This document shows, piece by piece, positions 63,479 through 64,000 of a stretch of 64,000 bases of DNA; within the stretch, counting starts at the first letter, position 1; each line of letters opens with the position of its first letter. The DNA is taken from NCBI RefSeq assembly GCF_002113885.1, contig NW_018408804.1, forward strand, positions 183,904 to 247,903. Direction: 5' to 3'. Made by a program: the position numbers and the translations under genes. Origin of the DNA: Mizuhopecten yessoensis (lineage: Eukaryota). The notes under the pieces are model-generated. The model was not told where the DNA came from and ran no database searches. It saw only the letters and a program-made list of their open reading frames with translations.

Positions 63479-63600
63479 ATTGGCTAATGAAAGAAGGCAT
63501 TTCATTGGATGGCTAGGTATATAAATAGAGGTTCCATCAGATGAAAAGTTTCTCTTGCTCTGGCGATCGAAGAAGAAGGAACAACTCTAAAAAGGTAATC
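63479..63600 (+). promoter_or_regulatory. Candidate Pol II core promoter (two reverse CCAAT boxes, TATA box) and short first exon ending at a splice donor
   Basis: attgg at 63479 and 63504, TATATAAA at 63518, donor AAG|GTAATC at 63594/5. Confidence 0.4.
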
Positions 63601-64000
63601 AGTGACCAAGCTGTATAAGTTTGGGCCTAGCTGCATAAGCTAGGGTTCCACTGTATTCCTTTATAGTACATGGTCAAAATAAATTGTGTTACAGTATAGT
63701 GTGCATAGTCACAGGGTATCACAGTACAGGAGGACGTACTGTTGATACAGGGTGTCAGGTACCAAGACACAGGGTTTACCAAGGCATAGGTTTTATAGTG
63801 GCTAGCTATAGGGTGACTTGGTCAAACGGCAGTCGCGGTAAAGGGTGACGTGGTCAAGGTGTGTCGCGGTAAAGGGTGTACACAGTCACGGGTGTCGCAG
63901 TAAGGGGCTATTTACTGTTGATACAGGGTGACGGATATATTGTGATACAGTTGTTTTAGTTGGCTTTTTGACTATATTAGTGTTAGAGGTATATTAATGT

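Overview
AT-rich eukaryotic (metazoan) genomic DNA. The repeat inventory (Helentron/HINE-type elements, V-domain tRNA-SINEs, C1q-domain gene) suggests a bivalve mollusc; this is an inference. There is no prokaryotic or CRISPR content. Four genes are supported: (1) the last coding exon of a C1q-domain protein (25-422, +); (2) a two-exon orphan class A GPCR (16987-17371 + 19946-20643, +, 360 aa); (3) a nine-exon minus-strand gene (35966->27574), reconstructed by hand from phase-matched splice sites and not visible as one ORF in the track, encoding about 434 aa with a TIR domain (catalytic Glu position = Gln), a Cbl-like EF-hand region and HEAT repeats, with one GC-AG intron; (4) an intact tRNA-Ser(TGA) at 37958-38039, divergent from that gene. 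The rest is LINE remnants, SINEs, HINEs, a hAT-like element with a 5-bp TSD, tiny hairpin MITEs with 9-bp TSDs, and about 15 minisatellite arrays that generate nearly all the long ORFs in the track. The main candidates of interest are the TIR/EF-hand/HEAT protein, a minisatellite made by tandem amplification of one MITE terminal inverted repeat, and a minisatellite seeded from the C1q stop codon. All coordinates and alignments were made by eye.
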